DNA of 64,000 nt. It comes from an uncultured Gammaproteobacteria bacterium. Its GTDB lineage: Bacteria > Pseudomonadota > Gammaproteobacteria > DSM-16500. Position 1 is the stretch's first letter, and the number at the start of each line of letters is the position of its first letter. The position numbers were made by a program, and so were the translations under genes. The DNA lies in assembly GCA_963785295.1 (NCBI GenBank), contig CAWAUT010000001.1, positions 462,393 to 526,392 of the forward strand. The letters run 5' to 3'. The notes under the pieces were generated by a model. That model made no database searches. It was given only the letters and a program-made list of their open reading frames with translations, and had not been told where the DNA came from. Below, one piece after another: positions 1 to 11,915 of the stretch.

Positions 1-1010
1 CGGGTAAAAACAGAAAACGAATTTGCAGATTATCATGCATTAACGGGAAAATGACTTGTAATGCCCGCCATGCCGCGGTTCTGCCAGCTTCATCGCCATC
101 AAAACAAAAGACTAATTTCAGAGGTGTAACGGAACAGACGCTGTAAATGATGGCTGGTAGTCGCCGTTCCCAACGTGGCAACCGCATAAGTAATGCCATG
201 CTGAAACAGGGCGATGACATCCATATAACCTTCAACGATCATGACGCGGTCGAGTTTGCGGTTGGATTGTAGTGCCTGATATAAGCCATACAATTCATGG
301 CCTTTTTGAAATAACGGTGTTTCTGGGGAATTTAGGTATTTGGGTTCGCCCTGGTCGAGTATGCGTCCGCCAAAACCAATAATGCGGCCGCGATAATCAT
401 GAATAGGGAACATGATGCGGTCACGAAAACGGTCATAATAACCACCTTCGTCTTTTTTGATGACCAGGCCAGTATCAAATAGTTTCTTTTTATCAGCGTC
501 AGTTTTGCCGAATAGGTCGAGCACATGGCTCCAGCCCGGCGGGGCATAACCTATACAGAATTGTTTGGCGATTTTGCCGGAAATACCGCGTTTTTTCAGA
601 TATTCAATCGCGCGCTGGGAATTGCGCATTTGTTCATAGTAATAGTTGGTGACTTGAGTCATTAAGTCATACAAGCCAGTGAGGGAATCATCTTTTTTAC
701 CGGCGCGGAGCCATCGTTAGGCACTTCCATGCCGCATTGCCGTGCCAGCGTTTCTATGGCTTCGGGAAAGCTCAGACGATCATGCTGCATCATGAAATCA
801 ATGGCATTGCCATGCGCGCCACAACCAAAGCAATAATAGAATTGCTTGGTCTGGCTGACGGAAAAAGAGCCGCTTTTTTCATTATGAAAAGGACAGCGGG
901 CAAAATAATTGCTGCCGGATTTTTTCCGCAAAGGCACTCTGCGTGTTGATCAAATCAACAATATCGATTTTGGCCAGCAGTAATTCTATAAATTCCCGTG
1001 GAATATTCAC
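1..1010 (-). CDS. dnaG: DNA primase, N-terminal part (runs off window start; frameshifted)
   Basis: GTG start at 1010 (MNIPREFIELLL). Zn finger CPFHNEK..FYYCFGC in ORF 662-937; DRFRDRIMFPI, PKYLNSPET and TOPRIM VEGYMDV in ORF 99-674. Confidence 0.95.
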
Positions 1011-1041
1011 GTTGCCGCCTTAATAGATCATGACGTATGGG

Positions 1042-1076
1042 TTACTCTTCACCTGCTTGCGGCAGATGAGGGGTAA
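1042..1076. terminator. Stem-loop between yqeY and dnaG
   Basis: Imperfect 15-bp inverted repeat TTACTCTTCACCTGC / GCAGATGAGGGGTAA. Confidence 0.5.
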
Positions 1077-1124
1077 TCATTATATATAGCAGAGGATTGT
1101 TCGTGAGGGTAGCAGCTGTATTAA

Positions 1125-1592
1125 TTAGCCAGCCAGCTTTTCTTTTACTTTAGCACTGACAACAGTCATGTCAGCTTTGCCTTGAAGTTTACTTTTCAAC
1201 ACGCCCATGACTTTGCCCATATCTTTAGCAGAGGCGGCGCCAGATTCCTGGATGGCAGCAGCGACAGCCTGTTCGATCTCAGCTTCAGACAGTTGGGTGG
1301 GGAGATATTGTTGGATGACTTGGACTTCTTCTGTTTCTTTCTCAGCCAGATCAACACGATTGCCAGCTTCGAACTGTGAGATAGAATCGCGGCGCTGTTT
1401 GATCATTTTATTGAGAATGGCGAGAATTTGCTCGTCAGTCAGGACAATGCGCTCATCGACTTCACTTTGTTTGAGAGCGGCCAGGATAAGACGTATGGTG
1501 GCCAGGCGCTCTTTTTCTTGCGCGCGCATGGCCGTTTTCATATCTTCAAGGATCTTATCCTTGATCGATGAGGTCATAGTTGTCTCAATCAA
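1125..1592 (-). CDS. yqeY: GatB/YqeY domain protein
   Basis: [37 protein letters not shown]; classic rpsU-yqeY-dnaG order. Confidence 0.93.
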   Translation of the reverse strand: MIETTMTSSIKDKILEDMKTAMRAQEKERLATIRLILAALKQSEVDERIVLTDEQILAILNKMIKQRRDSISQFEAGNRVDLAEKETEEVQVIQQYLPTQLSEAEIEQAVAAAIQESGAASAKDMGKVMGVLKSKLQGKADMTVVSAKVKEKLAG

Positions 1593-1857
1593 AATTTAAT
1601 AGCAGGCTTAAGCAGCTTCTTTCTGTGCCGGTGCCAATTGGCTGACGATCACGTTCTAATGCCATATGTTCACGCAGAATCTTCTTCTGATAGCGTTTTA
1701 CAGCAGCAGCTTTCTTACGCTTACGTTTCCAGGTGGGTTTTTCATAGAATTCATGACGTCTAAGGTCGGCCAGAATGCCGGCTTTTTCGCACAGGCGTTT
1801 AAAGCGGCGCAGGCTTAATTCAAAATTTTCGTTATCTCTTACACGTACTGTTGGCAT
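1585..1857 (-). CDS. rpsU: 30S ribosomal protein S21 (C-terminus may be frameshifted; alternative stop near 1608)
   Basis: [42 protein letters not shown]. Confidence 0.95.
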   Translation of the reverse strand: MPTVRVRDNENFELSLRRFKRLCEKAGILADLRRHEFYEKPTWKRKRKKAAAVKRYQKKILREHMALERDRQPIGTGTERSCLSLLLNFD

Positions 1858-1936
1858 ATCGGAAGCAATGTCCTGTCTATTTAGAATTAATAAAAGAAGC
1901 GCCAATTCTAATGCCTGAAGCGGAGAAATGCAAAGA

Positions 1937-3066
1937 CTAGCTTAAGTTCTGTCTGAGACATCTCCCCATATTTTGATTTAAAATTGACCAATCTGTATCA
2001 TTATAGCAGAAAATTCTTATACCCTGGAGTCTGACACCGTTCAATATAGTCTTTTGGGACAAATACTTGCGGTAACTCTGGGTTGGAAAACATGCCGAGA
2101 GAGCTGACTGGCCAGCTGCCTGAATATATTTCATTTTCAGCGCATATTTGTGCAAAATATGAGCATTGCGGATGGAGCAGGCAAACTGGTCGTCGGCGGT
2201 GACTAAAGCAGGGCGAACTTGCCGAATTCGCTCCAGCACTTTTTGGATTTCGGTGGCAATGATCTGAGGGTCGTTACTGACGAATATTTTGTCGTGATGC
2301 TTCAGGAGTTCGAACATCAAGATCATATGACCTGTGCGTCCGACACCGCCAGCGCAATGTATCAGTACCGGCTCTTTTTGCGAGGTCTGATAAATCTGCC
2401 ATAAGGCTTCTTTCAATTCATCTTTGCTATCTTTTGTCAGATCAATCGCTTGCTCATCGTGTAATTCCAGCGTAGTAACATTTAATACTTGAGCATTCTT
2501 GCTTGATTTAACCGCATCTGCTGATAAAGCAACAATAGCTTTAGTGTGTTCATCATTATCTTCAGGCAGTATTCGACAGATAGTGACCCGTGACTGGACC
2601 ATGGTTTTGGGAAATGTTTGATGCCCGCTGATAGTGCTACGGATGTCACCTTTAATGCGTGTGACGGTAGAAAAATACTCCCGAAGCGTGCGGTGCGTTC
2701 TTTCAGGCAGTAGTCATGGAAATCCTGATGATCATCTCTATCATAGGCAGTGCAGTCGCCCAGGTTTAGTATCTGCTTGATAGGGAATTTTTCGTTATAA
2801 ACTGTATCATCGAAAAAGTCGCGCATTTCAGGTATGCCGCGTGGGCCGGCGGAGGCGACAAAATGAGTGCCAGGAATAAGATTAGCATCACTTTTAAAAT
2901 GCTTATCTTTAAAAGAAAGGAAGACCCATCCTTTTAATTTTTCTTGCAGAGAAAGATCACCTTCCGCTTTTTTGCGGAATGCTTTGTTATTTTCATGGCC
3001 AGTGATAAAAGATTTACTGGCTTCAGTAATGACTTGTTCAATGAGAGAAATTCTACTATCCATCAT
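1937..3066 (-). CDS. Protein-tyrosine-phosphatase-like protein 2 (split over ORFs 2482-3066 and 1937-2602; true 3' end uncertain)
   Basis: CX5R motif [19 protein letters not shown] and RQVRPALV; colinear paralog of 3078-4070. Confidence 0.8.
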
Positions 3067-3077
3067 TATGCCCTTTT

Positions 3078-4070
3078 TTATGTTTTTAATGTGTGATGCT
3101 TTTTTTCCGCGGATTGTGTTCGCGCGATTCTATTAGAAAAGAAGGGTAAAGGTATAGTCCTCACAGCTTGTTGTGTGTTTATCGTGCATTCATTTTCCAG
3201 CGCGAAGACATGCAAAATTTTAGCGTTCCGGATCGCGCATTCAAATTGTTGTTCAGTTAGTACAAGGCCGGGGCGGCTAGCGCGCATTTCATTTAAAATA
3301 TGTTGGATTTTCGCTGCTGCTGCGATTGGATTACTGTCTTCGGCAAAAATATGTGTGTGATATTTGAGGATTTCAAACATCAAAATTAGGTGGCCAGTAC
3401 GGCCAAGCCCAAAAGCACAATGCACTAAAACAGGTGTTTTTAATGATTGCAGAAAATGCTGCAACAATATTTTCTTCAGTGGTTCAAATTTCTTGTTGCG
3501 TAAATCAATCGCCTGATTATCGTCTAGTGCGATAAGTGTGACATTTAATGTCTCAGTGTATTCTTTAGTGCTATTAGCTGCTTTGATCTGTAATTGTGAA
3601 TGCAATACGCCATATGGAAAAACTTGATGTGCTGATTCCGTCGTCGTGGCATTGCCGCTAAGGCGCTTAATATTGACATGGTATTGCCCAAAGACAGCTT
3701 GCCTTTCCTTGATAATATAATCGTGAAAATCCTGATAAGTTTGTTGTGTATAAGCCAGGCAGTGTCCTAAAGCAATGACCTGATTAATAGGGCAGTATTG
3801 ATTATAAATAGTATCAGTAATGAAATTCGCCATTTCTGCTTCCGAACGCGGACCGCTGGCAGCGACAAAATTAGTATCGTGCAGCCAGTGCGCATCGCGG
3901 AGAAAGCGTTTGTCTTTACGCGTGGCTGGAAGCGTTCCATTGTTAATAATTGTATTTAAATCATTTTTTATTTGTTCACGGCCTGGTTGAAAAGATTTTT
4001 TTGCTTCTGTAATAACACCTTCAACGAATTCTTCGGTTGTATTTTGTTTTTCATTTGTATTTGACCGCAT
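3078..4070 (-). CDS. Protein-tyrosine-phosphatase-like protein 1, candidate effector
   Basis: VHCAFGLGRTG (CX5R), FVAASGPR, MRASRPGLVLTEQQF. Confidence 0.85.
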   Translation of the reverse strand: MRSNTNEKQNTTEEFVEGVITEAKKSFQPGREQIKNDLNTIINNGTLPATRKDKRFLRDAHWLHDTNFVAASGPRSEAEMANFITDTIYNQYCPINQVIALGHCLAYTQQTYQDFHDYIIKERQAVFGQYHVNIKRLSGNATTTESAHQVFPYGVLHSQLQIKAANSTKEYTETLNVTLIALDDNQAIDLRNKKFEPLKKILLQHFLQSLKTPVLVHCAFGLGRTGHLILMFEILKYHTHIFAEDSNPIAAAAKIQHILNEMRASRPGLVLTEQQFECAIRNAKILHVFALENECTINTQQAVRTIPLPFFSNRIARTQSAEKKHHTLKT

Positions 4071-4183
4071 GATTTACTCCTTATTAATTATACGTTTATA
4101 TTCCCTTCAAGAGACCCTAGTATACGTAGAGTAGTGAAATGAAGTAAAATGCACCAAAATACATAATGCGAGGTGTTGTAATC

Positions 4184-4716
4184 ATGTTTCAAAGAAATAA
4201 AGATGCGCGGCAGGAGGAATTTGCAAAGCGCCGTGAAGGTTTCCAGTTAACTGTTAGTCAGAATAATCCCCCTCCAGCAGCTGCAGAGCCTCGCGATGAT
4301 TCAGAGGAAGAGCCTGAAGTGCAGCGATTGTTAGAAAAGCATTTTGAAGAAGTAAATCGTAAGCGTAAAGAGTGCGACCATGAAATGGCAGCTGTACTTG
4401 ATGAGCTAGCTATCGCTCCTGTTGCTCGTCGTTTAACTCGTGCTGTGGCAAGTTCCGCGCTTGATGAATTGTCAGATCAGTTTTCTGAAACACTTATATC
4501 TACGCCAGCATCTAGTGATAATACATCAAATAGCGAAGAGCCAATATAACAGCTCCCGCAACAAACAATCGTTTATCCAGATCAACTTTTCAATTGATGC
4601 CGCCGCCAGCAGCAGCTGAGCAAGGCAGCGCAAAGAAATCGAGAAGTGAAAAGCCGGAAGCAGTTACGCCCGAATCACCTACACCTCCGTCTTCACCTTC
4701 ACCTCGTTATATATAA
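4184..4716 (+). CDS. Acidic, Pro/Ser-rich hypothetical protein (frameshift near 4545)
   Basis: ATG 4184 after GAGGTG. A shifted frame continues ITAPATNNRLSRSTFQLMPPPAAAEQ...SPSPRYI to TAA 4714-4716. Confidence 0.55.
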
Positions 4717-4717
4717 G

Positions 4718-5573
4718 TTAAAAAGCAGCTTTGATTGCGTCGATGATTACTTGCAACGCTTTAATTTCACGGTTGTCACCATGATAAAGCAGGCAGATTT
4801 CATCGGCGTAATAAGGTGCTTTCGGCACTTTTATTAATTTACGTGGCTCGGCAATCCTCGTTGGCAAAATGCCAATTCCGCAACCATTTGCCGTTAATTC
4901 AGTAATCAATTCCAGATTATTAGTCGGTAGTATACGCGCGAAAGTCATGCCGCTTTTTTTCAGTTTCTTTAAAATATCCTGCGTTTGTAACAGATCGGGA
5001 TCACAGATTAACAATGCTCGTCCTGATTGCAGGTTTTGAATTTCTCTATTGCTAGAGCCTTGCCATAATGTGATTTTGTCATCAATCAATTTTCTGATGA
5101 TGAGATCAGGATGTTTGACTGGATTGACAACAATTCCAATATCAATATCCATGCTGATGATTGTTCTCGGTGATTTTGCGCGACATGTCGTGTTTTAAAT
5201 TGATTTCCAGCTTGGGATTTTTTTCCAGCAAATCAGGCAAAAACAACGGCGCCATACAAATGGCGACAGATGGATGACAACCTAATGTAAACGTGCCTTG
5301 TATTTCATTAACGGACGCTAGTGTTGCTGATTTGACACAATCCCAATGTTGCATGATGTGTCGCGTGTGCGTTAATAATTGTTTGCCAGCTTTGGTCAAT
5401 GAAACACCACGTTTATGCCGAATCAAAATGGGGGTGCCGACGGTTTCTTCAATGCGTCGCATGGCGAGTGTTAACGATGGCTGGCTAATGCCTAAGCGTT
5501 CTGCAGCCCGGGATAAATTCAATAAATCAGCTACGGCAAGAAAATAACTGAGATCAGAGGGTGATGGGATCAA
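4718..5573 (-). CDS. LysR-family transcriptional regulator (frameshift near 5150)
   Basis: HTH LSYFLAVADLLNLSRAAERLGISQPSLT, ILIRHKRGVSLTKAG; substrate-binding domain ending GCGIGILP. Confidence 0.9.
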
Positions 5574-5654
5574 AGGGCGGGCACTCCATAATATATTCAA
5601 GAATAGTTTTGTTGTAGAATATGACACCTTTTGGTGACGTATGGTAAAGAAAAA

Positions 5655-6668
5655 ATGCGTGTGTTAGGCATAGAAACCTCATGTGATGAAACTGGTATCG
5701 CTATATATGATTCAGAGCGCGGTCTGATTGCGCATACAATTTATAGCCAGACAGATATTCATGCTAAATGGGGTGGTGTGGTGCCTGAGCTTGCTTCGCG
5801 TGATCATGTGCGTAAAGCCGTGCCTTTGATTGAAGAAGTCCTTAAAAATGCTGGGCTTGAGCGCAAAGATATTGATGGGGTCGCATATACCAAAGGTCCT
5901 GGATTAGTCGGTGCGCTATTAATAGGCGCCATGCTTGGTCGTACATTAGCATTTGCCTGGAATGTCCCATCCATTGGTGTGCATCATCTTGAAGGCCATT
6001 TATTAGCGCCTTTTCTCGAACCAGAACCGCCCTCATTTCCTTTTTTAGCTTTGCTGGTTTCTGGTGGTCACACTGAATTAGTGAAAGTAGAAGGTATAGG
6101 CCATTATGAAATCATTGGCGATACACTGGATGATGCGGTTGGCGAGGCTTTCGATAAAACAGCAAAATTACTGGGATTAGGTTATCCCGGCGGCGCTGCA
6201 TTGGCGCGATTAGCAGAAAGTGGTAACTCTGACAGATTTCATTTTCCACGTCCCATGATTGATAGGCCCGGACTGGATTTTAGTTTTAGTGGTTTGAAAA
6301 CATTTGCATTGAATACAGTTGAATCCAATCCACAAGATGAACAAACCAAAGCGGATATCGCGCGTGCGTTTCAGGATGCGGTAGTGGATACACTGATGAT
6401 TAAATGTCGTCGCGCATTGGAGCAAACAGGTTATCGAAGTTTGGTGATCGCTGGTGGTGTTGGTGCGAATATCGCATTACGTCATGGTTTAGGTGAAATG
6501 TGCAAGAAGCGCGATGTATCACTGTATTTTCCGCGCATGGAATTTTGTACGGATAATGGCGCGATGATTGCGTATGTAGGTTGTCAGCGTTTGCTTGCGG
6601 GTGAGCGTGAAGAGTTAAGCGTGGAAGTGTATCCACGCTGGCCATTAAATAAAGTCTCGGCGCTATAA
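5655..6668 (+). CDS. tsaD: tRNA N6-adenosine threonylcarbamoyltransferase
   Basis: [43 protein letters not shown]. Confidence 0.98.
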   Translation: MRVLGIETSCDETGIAIYDSERGLIAHTIYSQTDIHAKWGGVVPELASRDHVRKAVPLIEEVLKNAGLERKDIDGVAYTKGPGLVGALLIGAMLGRTLAFAWNVPSIGVHHLEGHLLAPFLEPEPPSFPFLALLVSGGHTELVKVEGIGHYEIIGDTLDDAVGEAFDKTAKLLGLGYPGGAALARLAESGNSDRFHFPRPMIDRPGLDFSFSGLKTFALNTVESNPQDEQTKADIARAFQDAVVDTLMIKCRRALEQTGYRSLVIAGGVGANIALRHGLGEMCKKRDVSLYFPRMEFCTDNGAMIAYVGCQRLLAGEREELSVEVYPRWPLNKVSAL

Positions 6669-6677
6669 ATAGATACC

Positions 6678-6717
6678 CGTCATTGCGAGAAGCGCTTTTT
6701 GCGACGAAGCAATCCAG
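6678..6717. repeat. CGTC-type REP-like palindromic element
   Basis: CGTCATTGCGAG..GCGACGAAGCAATCCAG between the convergent stops of tsaD and plsY; ATTGC/GCAAT stem. Confidence 0.6.
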
Positions 6718-6722
6718 GCTTT

Positions 6723-7321
6723 TTATTTTTTCCCAATCTTACTTTCTGTTCCCGCCATTAATTTTTTAATATTACCTGCTATGTCTGATAATCAGTATCA
6801 CACTCATCAATGCAATCACGACAACATAAGCAATTTCATGCGTAAAAAACCAAAAATAAACTGGCGCTAACACAGATGCGGTTAACGCTGCCAACGAAGA
6901 ATAACGAAATATTCCCGCCACAACAAACCACGTTCCAATCCAGCATAATCCTGCTGGCCAGCATAACGCGAGCATGCCACCTAATGCAGTTGCCACACCT
7001 TTACCACCTTCGAAACCAAAAAATATTGGAAATAAATGGCCGATAAATGCAGCGAATGTTACCAAGCGCTAGTGTGTCACTATCAAAACCAAGTAGTTTC
7101 GCGCCCAGAACGGGAATAACACCTTTCAGCATGTCGCCTAATAACGTAATAATCGCGGCTTTTTTTCCGCCTATACGCAACACATTAGTTGCACCTGGAT
7201 TGCGTGATCCTTGTGTGCGTGGATCCGGTAAGCGCATGATTTTGCAGACGATAATCGCGCTGGAAATCGAGCCAAACAAATAAGCGATAACAACAGCTAT
7301 TGCGGATGCGACATACATCAT
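6723..7321 (-). CDS. plsY: Glycerol-3-phosphate acyltransferase PlsY (frameshifted)
   Basis: [49 protein letters not shown]. Confidence 0.95.
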
Positions 7322-7463
7322 ATTTAGATAAGATGCCCTGACTAAAATCAAGCCGCTACTCTAACTCAAAAGTTAAACAAGTAAAATGGTCTTTCACTTT
7401 TACCTTGCGTAATGGTTTATGCCGCTTTATGTTACAATCCTTCTTTATATTAAGGTGGCTTAT

Positions 7464-8024
7464 ATGTCAGTTAGCGGAAATAATCTTATCTGGATTGATC
7501 TTGAAATGACCGGTTTAAATCCGGAAAGAGATCGCATTATTGAAATTGCAACTATAGTGACTGATTCGAATTTAAATGTTCTGGCGGAAGGGCCGGTGTT
7601 TGCGATTCATCAGGAACAAGAATTATTGGATGACATGGATGAGTGGAACACGAAACAACATAATGGTTCCGGTTTGGTTACGCGCGTGCAGGAAAGTTGT
7701 ATCAATGAAGAAAAAGCGCAGGCATTTACACTGGATTTTTTAAAACAATATGTGCCAGAAGGCAAATCGCCAATGTGTGGTAATAGTATTTGGCAAGACC
7801 GACGCTTTTTATCCAGATATATGCCGGAACTGGAAAAATATTTTCATTATCGCATGATTGATGTCAGCACGTTGAAAGAACTCGCATTACGCTGGGCGCC
7901 ACGAGTTTATAATGGTTTGCAAAAAGAATCCCGTCATCTTGCGTTAGATGATATTCGTGATTCGATTGCTGAATTGCGATATTATCGCGAAAAATTATTA
8001 AACCAAGGCGCGATGGCTGATTAA
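7464..8024 (+). CDS. orn: Oligoribonuclease
   Basis: [47 protein letters not shown]. Confidence 0.98.
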   Translation: MSVSGNNLIWIDLEMTGLNPERDRIIEIATIVTDSNLNVLAEGPVFAIHQEQELLDDMDEWNTKQHNGSGLVTRVQESCINEEKAQAFTLDFLKQYVPEGKSPMCGNSIWQDRRFLSRYMPELEKYFHYRMIDVSTLKELALRWAPRVYNGLQKESRHLALDDIRDSIAELRYYREKLLNQGAMAD

Positions 8025-9085
8025 GTTTTTCGGAGGCGCTGGCATTCCAGCGCCCATTCAACATGTTCGCTCACTAATGCAGAAGGATGTTGAGCTCTCG
8101 TCTGTAACGCATTCACAATATTTTCATCAAACGGCGCATTTCCAAGTGCAACAGCAATATTACGCAACCAGCATTCATAACCAATGCGTCGAATCGCTGA
8201 ACCTTCCGTTTTACGTAAAAATTCATTCTTCGGTCCAGGCAAATAAATGTAATTAATTCTGGTGAGGTAAATCATGACGTGGATGAAAATCTTTTTCTTT
8301 CGTGATGTTTCGCAAATTTATTCCATGGACAAAATAATTGACAATCATCACAACCATAAATGCGATTACCAATGCAGTGGACGAAATTCAACTGGAATGG
8401 CTTCACGTAATTCAATGGTTAAATAAGAAATACAGCGTCTGGCATCGAGTTGATAAGGGCCAACGATGGCCTGAGTTGGACAAATATCAATGCAGGCAGT
8501 GCAAGTACCACAATGACTTTTTGTCATTGGCGTATCAATGGGTAATGGAATATTAGTATAAATTTCACCGAGAAAAAACCATGAACCTGCTTTTGAATTA
8601 ATTAGATTGGTATGTTTGCCTATCCAGCCTAGTCCGGCTTTTTCCGCGATGGCTTTTTCCAACACCGGTGCGCTATCAGCAAAAAGCGCGATAACCAAAT
8701 TCACCACTGGCAGCACTGATTTTTTGTGCTAGATGTATCAAGCCGTTTACGCATGAAGCGATGATAATCGCGTCCTAATGCATAACGGGAAATATAACCT
8801 TTGTTAGGATCTTGCAGAACTGCAAGCGATAGATGTATCAGGCGGTAGATAATCCATGCGCGCAGAAATAATGCGAATGGTGCCAGGCACCAATTCTGCC
8901 GGCCGGGAGCGTTTAACGCCGTGTTTTTCCATATAATCCATCTTGCCATGAAAGCCTGCCGCGAGCCAATCAAGAAAGCGTTGCTCATATTGAGAAAGAT
9001 CGGTATCGGTGATGCCAATTTGCTGGAAGCCTAATTCAAGGCCCCACTGTTTGATATTGTTTGCGAGTTGTTGCATCTTTGACAC
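8021..9085 (-). CDS. queG: Epoxyqueuosine reductase (multiple frameshifts)
   Basis: [59 protein letters not shown] across ORF fragments. Confidence 0.93.
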
Positions 9086-9138
9086 TCTTGGTTTATACCA
9101 GGCTAGAATCAGATGGAATTATAAATGATTTTACCGCC

Positions 9139-9246
9139 ATGCGCCAAAGTAGCTTACAAAAGATCTACTCGTTAACGCCCTCAGTCTGCGGCGCGCTCTC
9201 TTCTTTTACCTCTTATTATTACCTCTACGCCTGCTGTTGCAGGTAA
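9139..9246 (+). promoter_or_regulatory. Putative Tyr-rich leader peptide (35 aa) upstream of the aromatic amino acid permeases
   Basis: MRQSSLQKIYSLTPSVCGALSSFTSYYYLYACCCR; TAT TAT TAC CTC TAC at 9214-9228; no clear SD. Confidence 0.4.
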
Positions 9247-9348
9247 CTATTCTACGCTACAAACATCAATTTTTTCATAGCATAAAACTCCAGTTAGGGT
9301 AATGTATAACAATGTTCGTTGATCAGAATAGAAGATAGGGGAATAACA

Positions 9349-10543
9349 ATGGATTTCAAAATATTAGGCAGTATCTTGCTGATAGTTGGCACTTCAATAG
9401 GTGCTGGTATGCTGGCATTGCCAATCGCCACGGCTCAATTAGGTTTTATCGGTTCATTAATTTTATTATTTAGTTGCTGGTTTGTGATGACAGCAGGCGC
9501 GTTTTTAATGCTGGAAGTCAATTTATGGATGCCGCTTAACAGTAATTTGATTTCCATGGCACGTGAAACTATGGGCCCATTTGGACAAGTCATCTCATGG
9601 ATTGCTTATCTGTTATTATTATATTCATTACTGTGCGCATATATCGCCGGCGGCAGTGATTTATTTCATAACTTGTTGCAGACGGCGAATGTAGATATCT
9701 CCGCGCGAGTGTCTGCTGTTGTTTTTACACTGGTTATTTGGTTGAATTGTTTATCTTGGCATTCGCTGTGTTGATTATGTCAATCGCGGTTTGATGTTTT
9801 TCAAATTCGGCGCATATTTTCTATTGATAATATTGCTGATGCCGCTAGTTTCTTCAGTCAAGCTTGCTGCGGGCAATTTGCATCATCTTACTTCTATTGC
9901 CGCTATCACCGTAACCATCACTTCATTTGGATACGCTGCAATTATTCCTAGCTTGCGTATTTATTTTAATGGTGATGTGAAGAAGCTAAAAAAAGCGATT
10001 ATTTTTGGCAGTTTGGTACCATTGATTTGTTACATCGCCTGGGACATGGTGATTATGGGCGTGATTCCACTAGACGGTGATCATGGACTTATCGCTATCT
10101 TGAAATCCCCTAATTCAACCAGTGATTTACTCAATGCATTAACATCAACGGCGAATGAAAATTCGGTCACGATTTTCGCCAAAATTTTCACTTCCATTTG
10201 CGTGTTGACTTCATTTCTTGGTGTGGCGTTATGCATGGTTGATTTCCTTGCCGATGGTTTGCATTTAGAAAAATCTGGTCCCAGCAATATTTTTTTGCAC
10301 TTGCTTGGCTTATTGCCGCCGCTAGTGTTGGTATTGTTTTTCCCTGGCGTGTTTGTGAAGGCATTAGAATATGCTGGCATTTATTGCGTCATCTTATTGG
10401 TCTTGCTTCCTGCGTGGATGGCTTGGCAAGGACGTTACAGACGTCAAATTGCGGGTGGTTTTACTGTTCCCGGCGGAAAAATATTACTGGCTGGATTAAT
10501 TATCTTATCTCTGGTAATGATTATAAAAGGACTGATGGGTTAA
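9349..10543 (+). CDS. tyrP: Aromatic amino acid (Tyr/Trp, HAAAP family) permease 1 (frameshift near 9740)
   Basis: GSILLIVGTSIGAGMLALP, LLLYSLLCAYI, TSFLGVAL; polytopic. Confidence 0.88.
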
Positions 10544-10549
10544 TAATTC

Positions 10550-10587
10550 TTACCCCTCGCGATTATATAAACATTCGCGAGGGGTAA
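10550..10587. terminator. Perfect 13-bp stem-loop between the two permease genes
   Basis: TTACCCCTCGCGA-N12-TCGCGAGGGGTAA followed by TTT. Confidence 0.6.
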
Positions 10588-10639
10588 TTTATTGAAATAT
10601 TGATAGTTTTAAGCATGTACGCAAGCGCGGAGGACAAAA

Positions 10640-11915
10640 ATGAATTCTAAATTAATCGGCGGCATATTGTTGGTTGTAGGTACAACCATAGGAGCGGGAA
10701 TGCTGGCTTTGCCAGTAGCGACCGCGCAATTAGGTTTCTGGGGATCGTTCGCTCTTCTGATTGGTTGCTGGGCTGTCATGACCACCAGCGCTTTCATCTT
10801 TCTTGAAGTTAATTTATGGCTGCCAGCGAATAGCAATCTTGTTTCCATGGCGGGAGCAACCATGGGTCGTGCTGGTCAAGCTGTCGCGTGGATTGTTTAT
10901 CTGGTTTTGTTATATTCCATTTTGTCTGCCTATATCGCTGGCGGTGGTGATTTGTTCCACTATGTGCTCGCGACTAGCGGCATTACCATTCCTTTATCTC
11001 TTTCATCAGTCATCTTTACCGTATTATTTGGCTTGATTGTTTATTTCGGTATACGTTCCGTTGATTATGTGAATCGTGGTTTGATGTTCGGCAAAATGGG
11101 CGCGCTGGTGTTTTTAATTTTGTTAATCACACCTTTTATTTCCGCGGCTAATCTTGCCAGTGGTGAATTCAAATATATTGTGCATCCTACCAGTATTACG
11201 GTTACTGCTGTCGCTTTCGCGTCACTCATGATTATTCCCAGCCTGCGAACTTATTTCGGCGATGATATTAAGACGCTGCGCAAAGCGATTCTGATCGGTA
11301 CCATTATCCCGTTGGTCTGCTATATCGGTTGGGACATGGTGATCATGGGTGTTATTCCTCTGGAAGGCACGCCAGGATTGAAAGCAATTATGCATTCAGC
11401 GAGTTCCAACAGCGATCTGGTTTCAGCATTGACGACTATTTTGCAAAAAAATTCCGTGACAACACTGGCGAAGTTTTTCACTTCAATCTGCATGGCGACA
11501 TCATTTTTAAGTGTTTCGCTCAGTCTTTCCGACTTTTTGGCCGATGGTTTCAATGTTAAGAAACAAGGCATCAAAGGCAATGCGGTAGTATTTGGCGCGA
11601 CATTTTTGCCACCGTTGCTAGTAGTGCTGTTTTATCCGAACGCTTTTCTCACTGGCATTGAATACGCAGGTATTTGCTGCTTTATTCTGATGATTTTGTT
11701 GCCGCCTCTAATGGCCTGGCGCGGTTGTTCGCGTAAAGTATTCGCCAATGAGAGTTATAATATGCGCTGGCGGTAAATTCTTGTTAGTCTTATTGGTATT
11801 GTTCTCAGCATTAATGTTGTCATTGTCAGGAGCACGCGGAATAGTAGCATTGGCTTTACTGACGCTTGTTCTGACGGTAGGTTTTAAACTGGAAGCATCC
11901 CGTAACACCCGATAA
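10640..11915 (+). CDS. Aromatic amino acid (HAAAP family) permease 2 (C-terminus frameshifted)
   Basis: GGILLVVGTTIGAGMLALP; paralog of upstream gene; shifted frame GGKFLLVLL... ends at TAA 11913-11915. Confidence 0.88.

Noticed and set aside
1585-1640. Unusual hydrophobic C-terminal extension on S21
   Set aside because: A one-base shift gives a normal charged ending (..KEAA*) near 1608, so it is probably an indel artefact.
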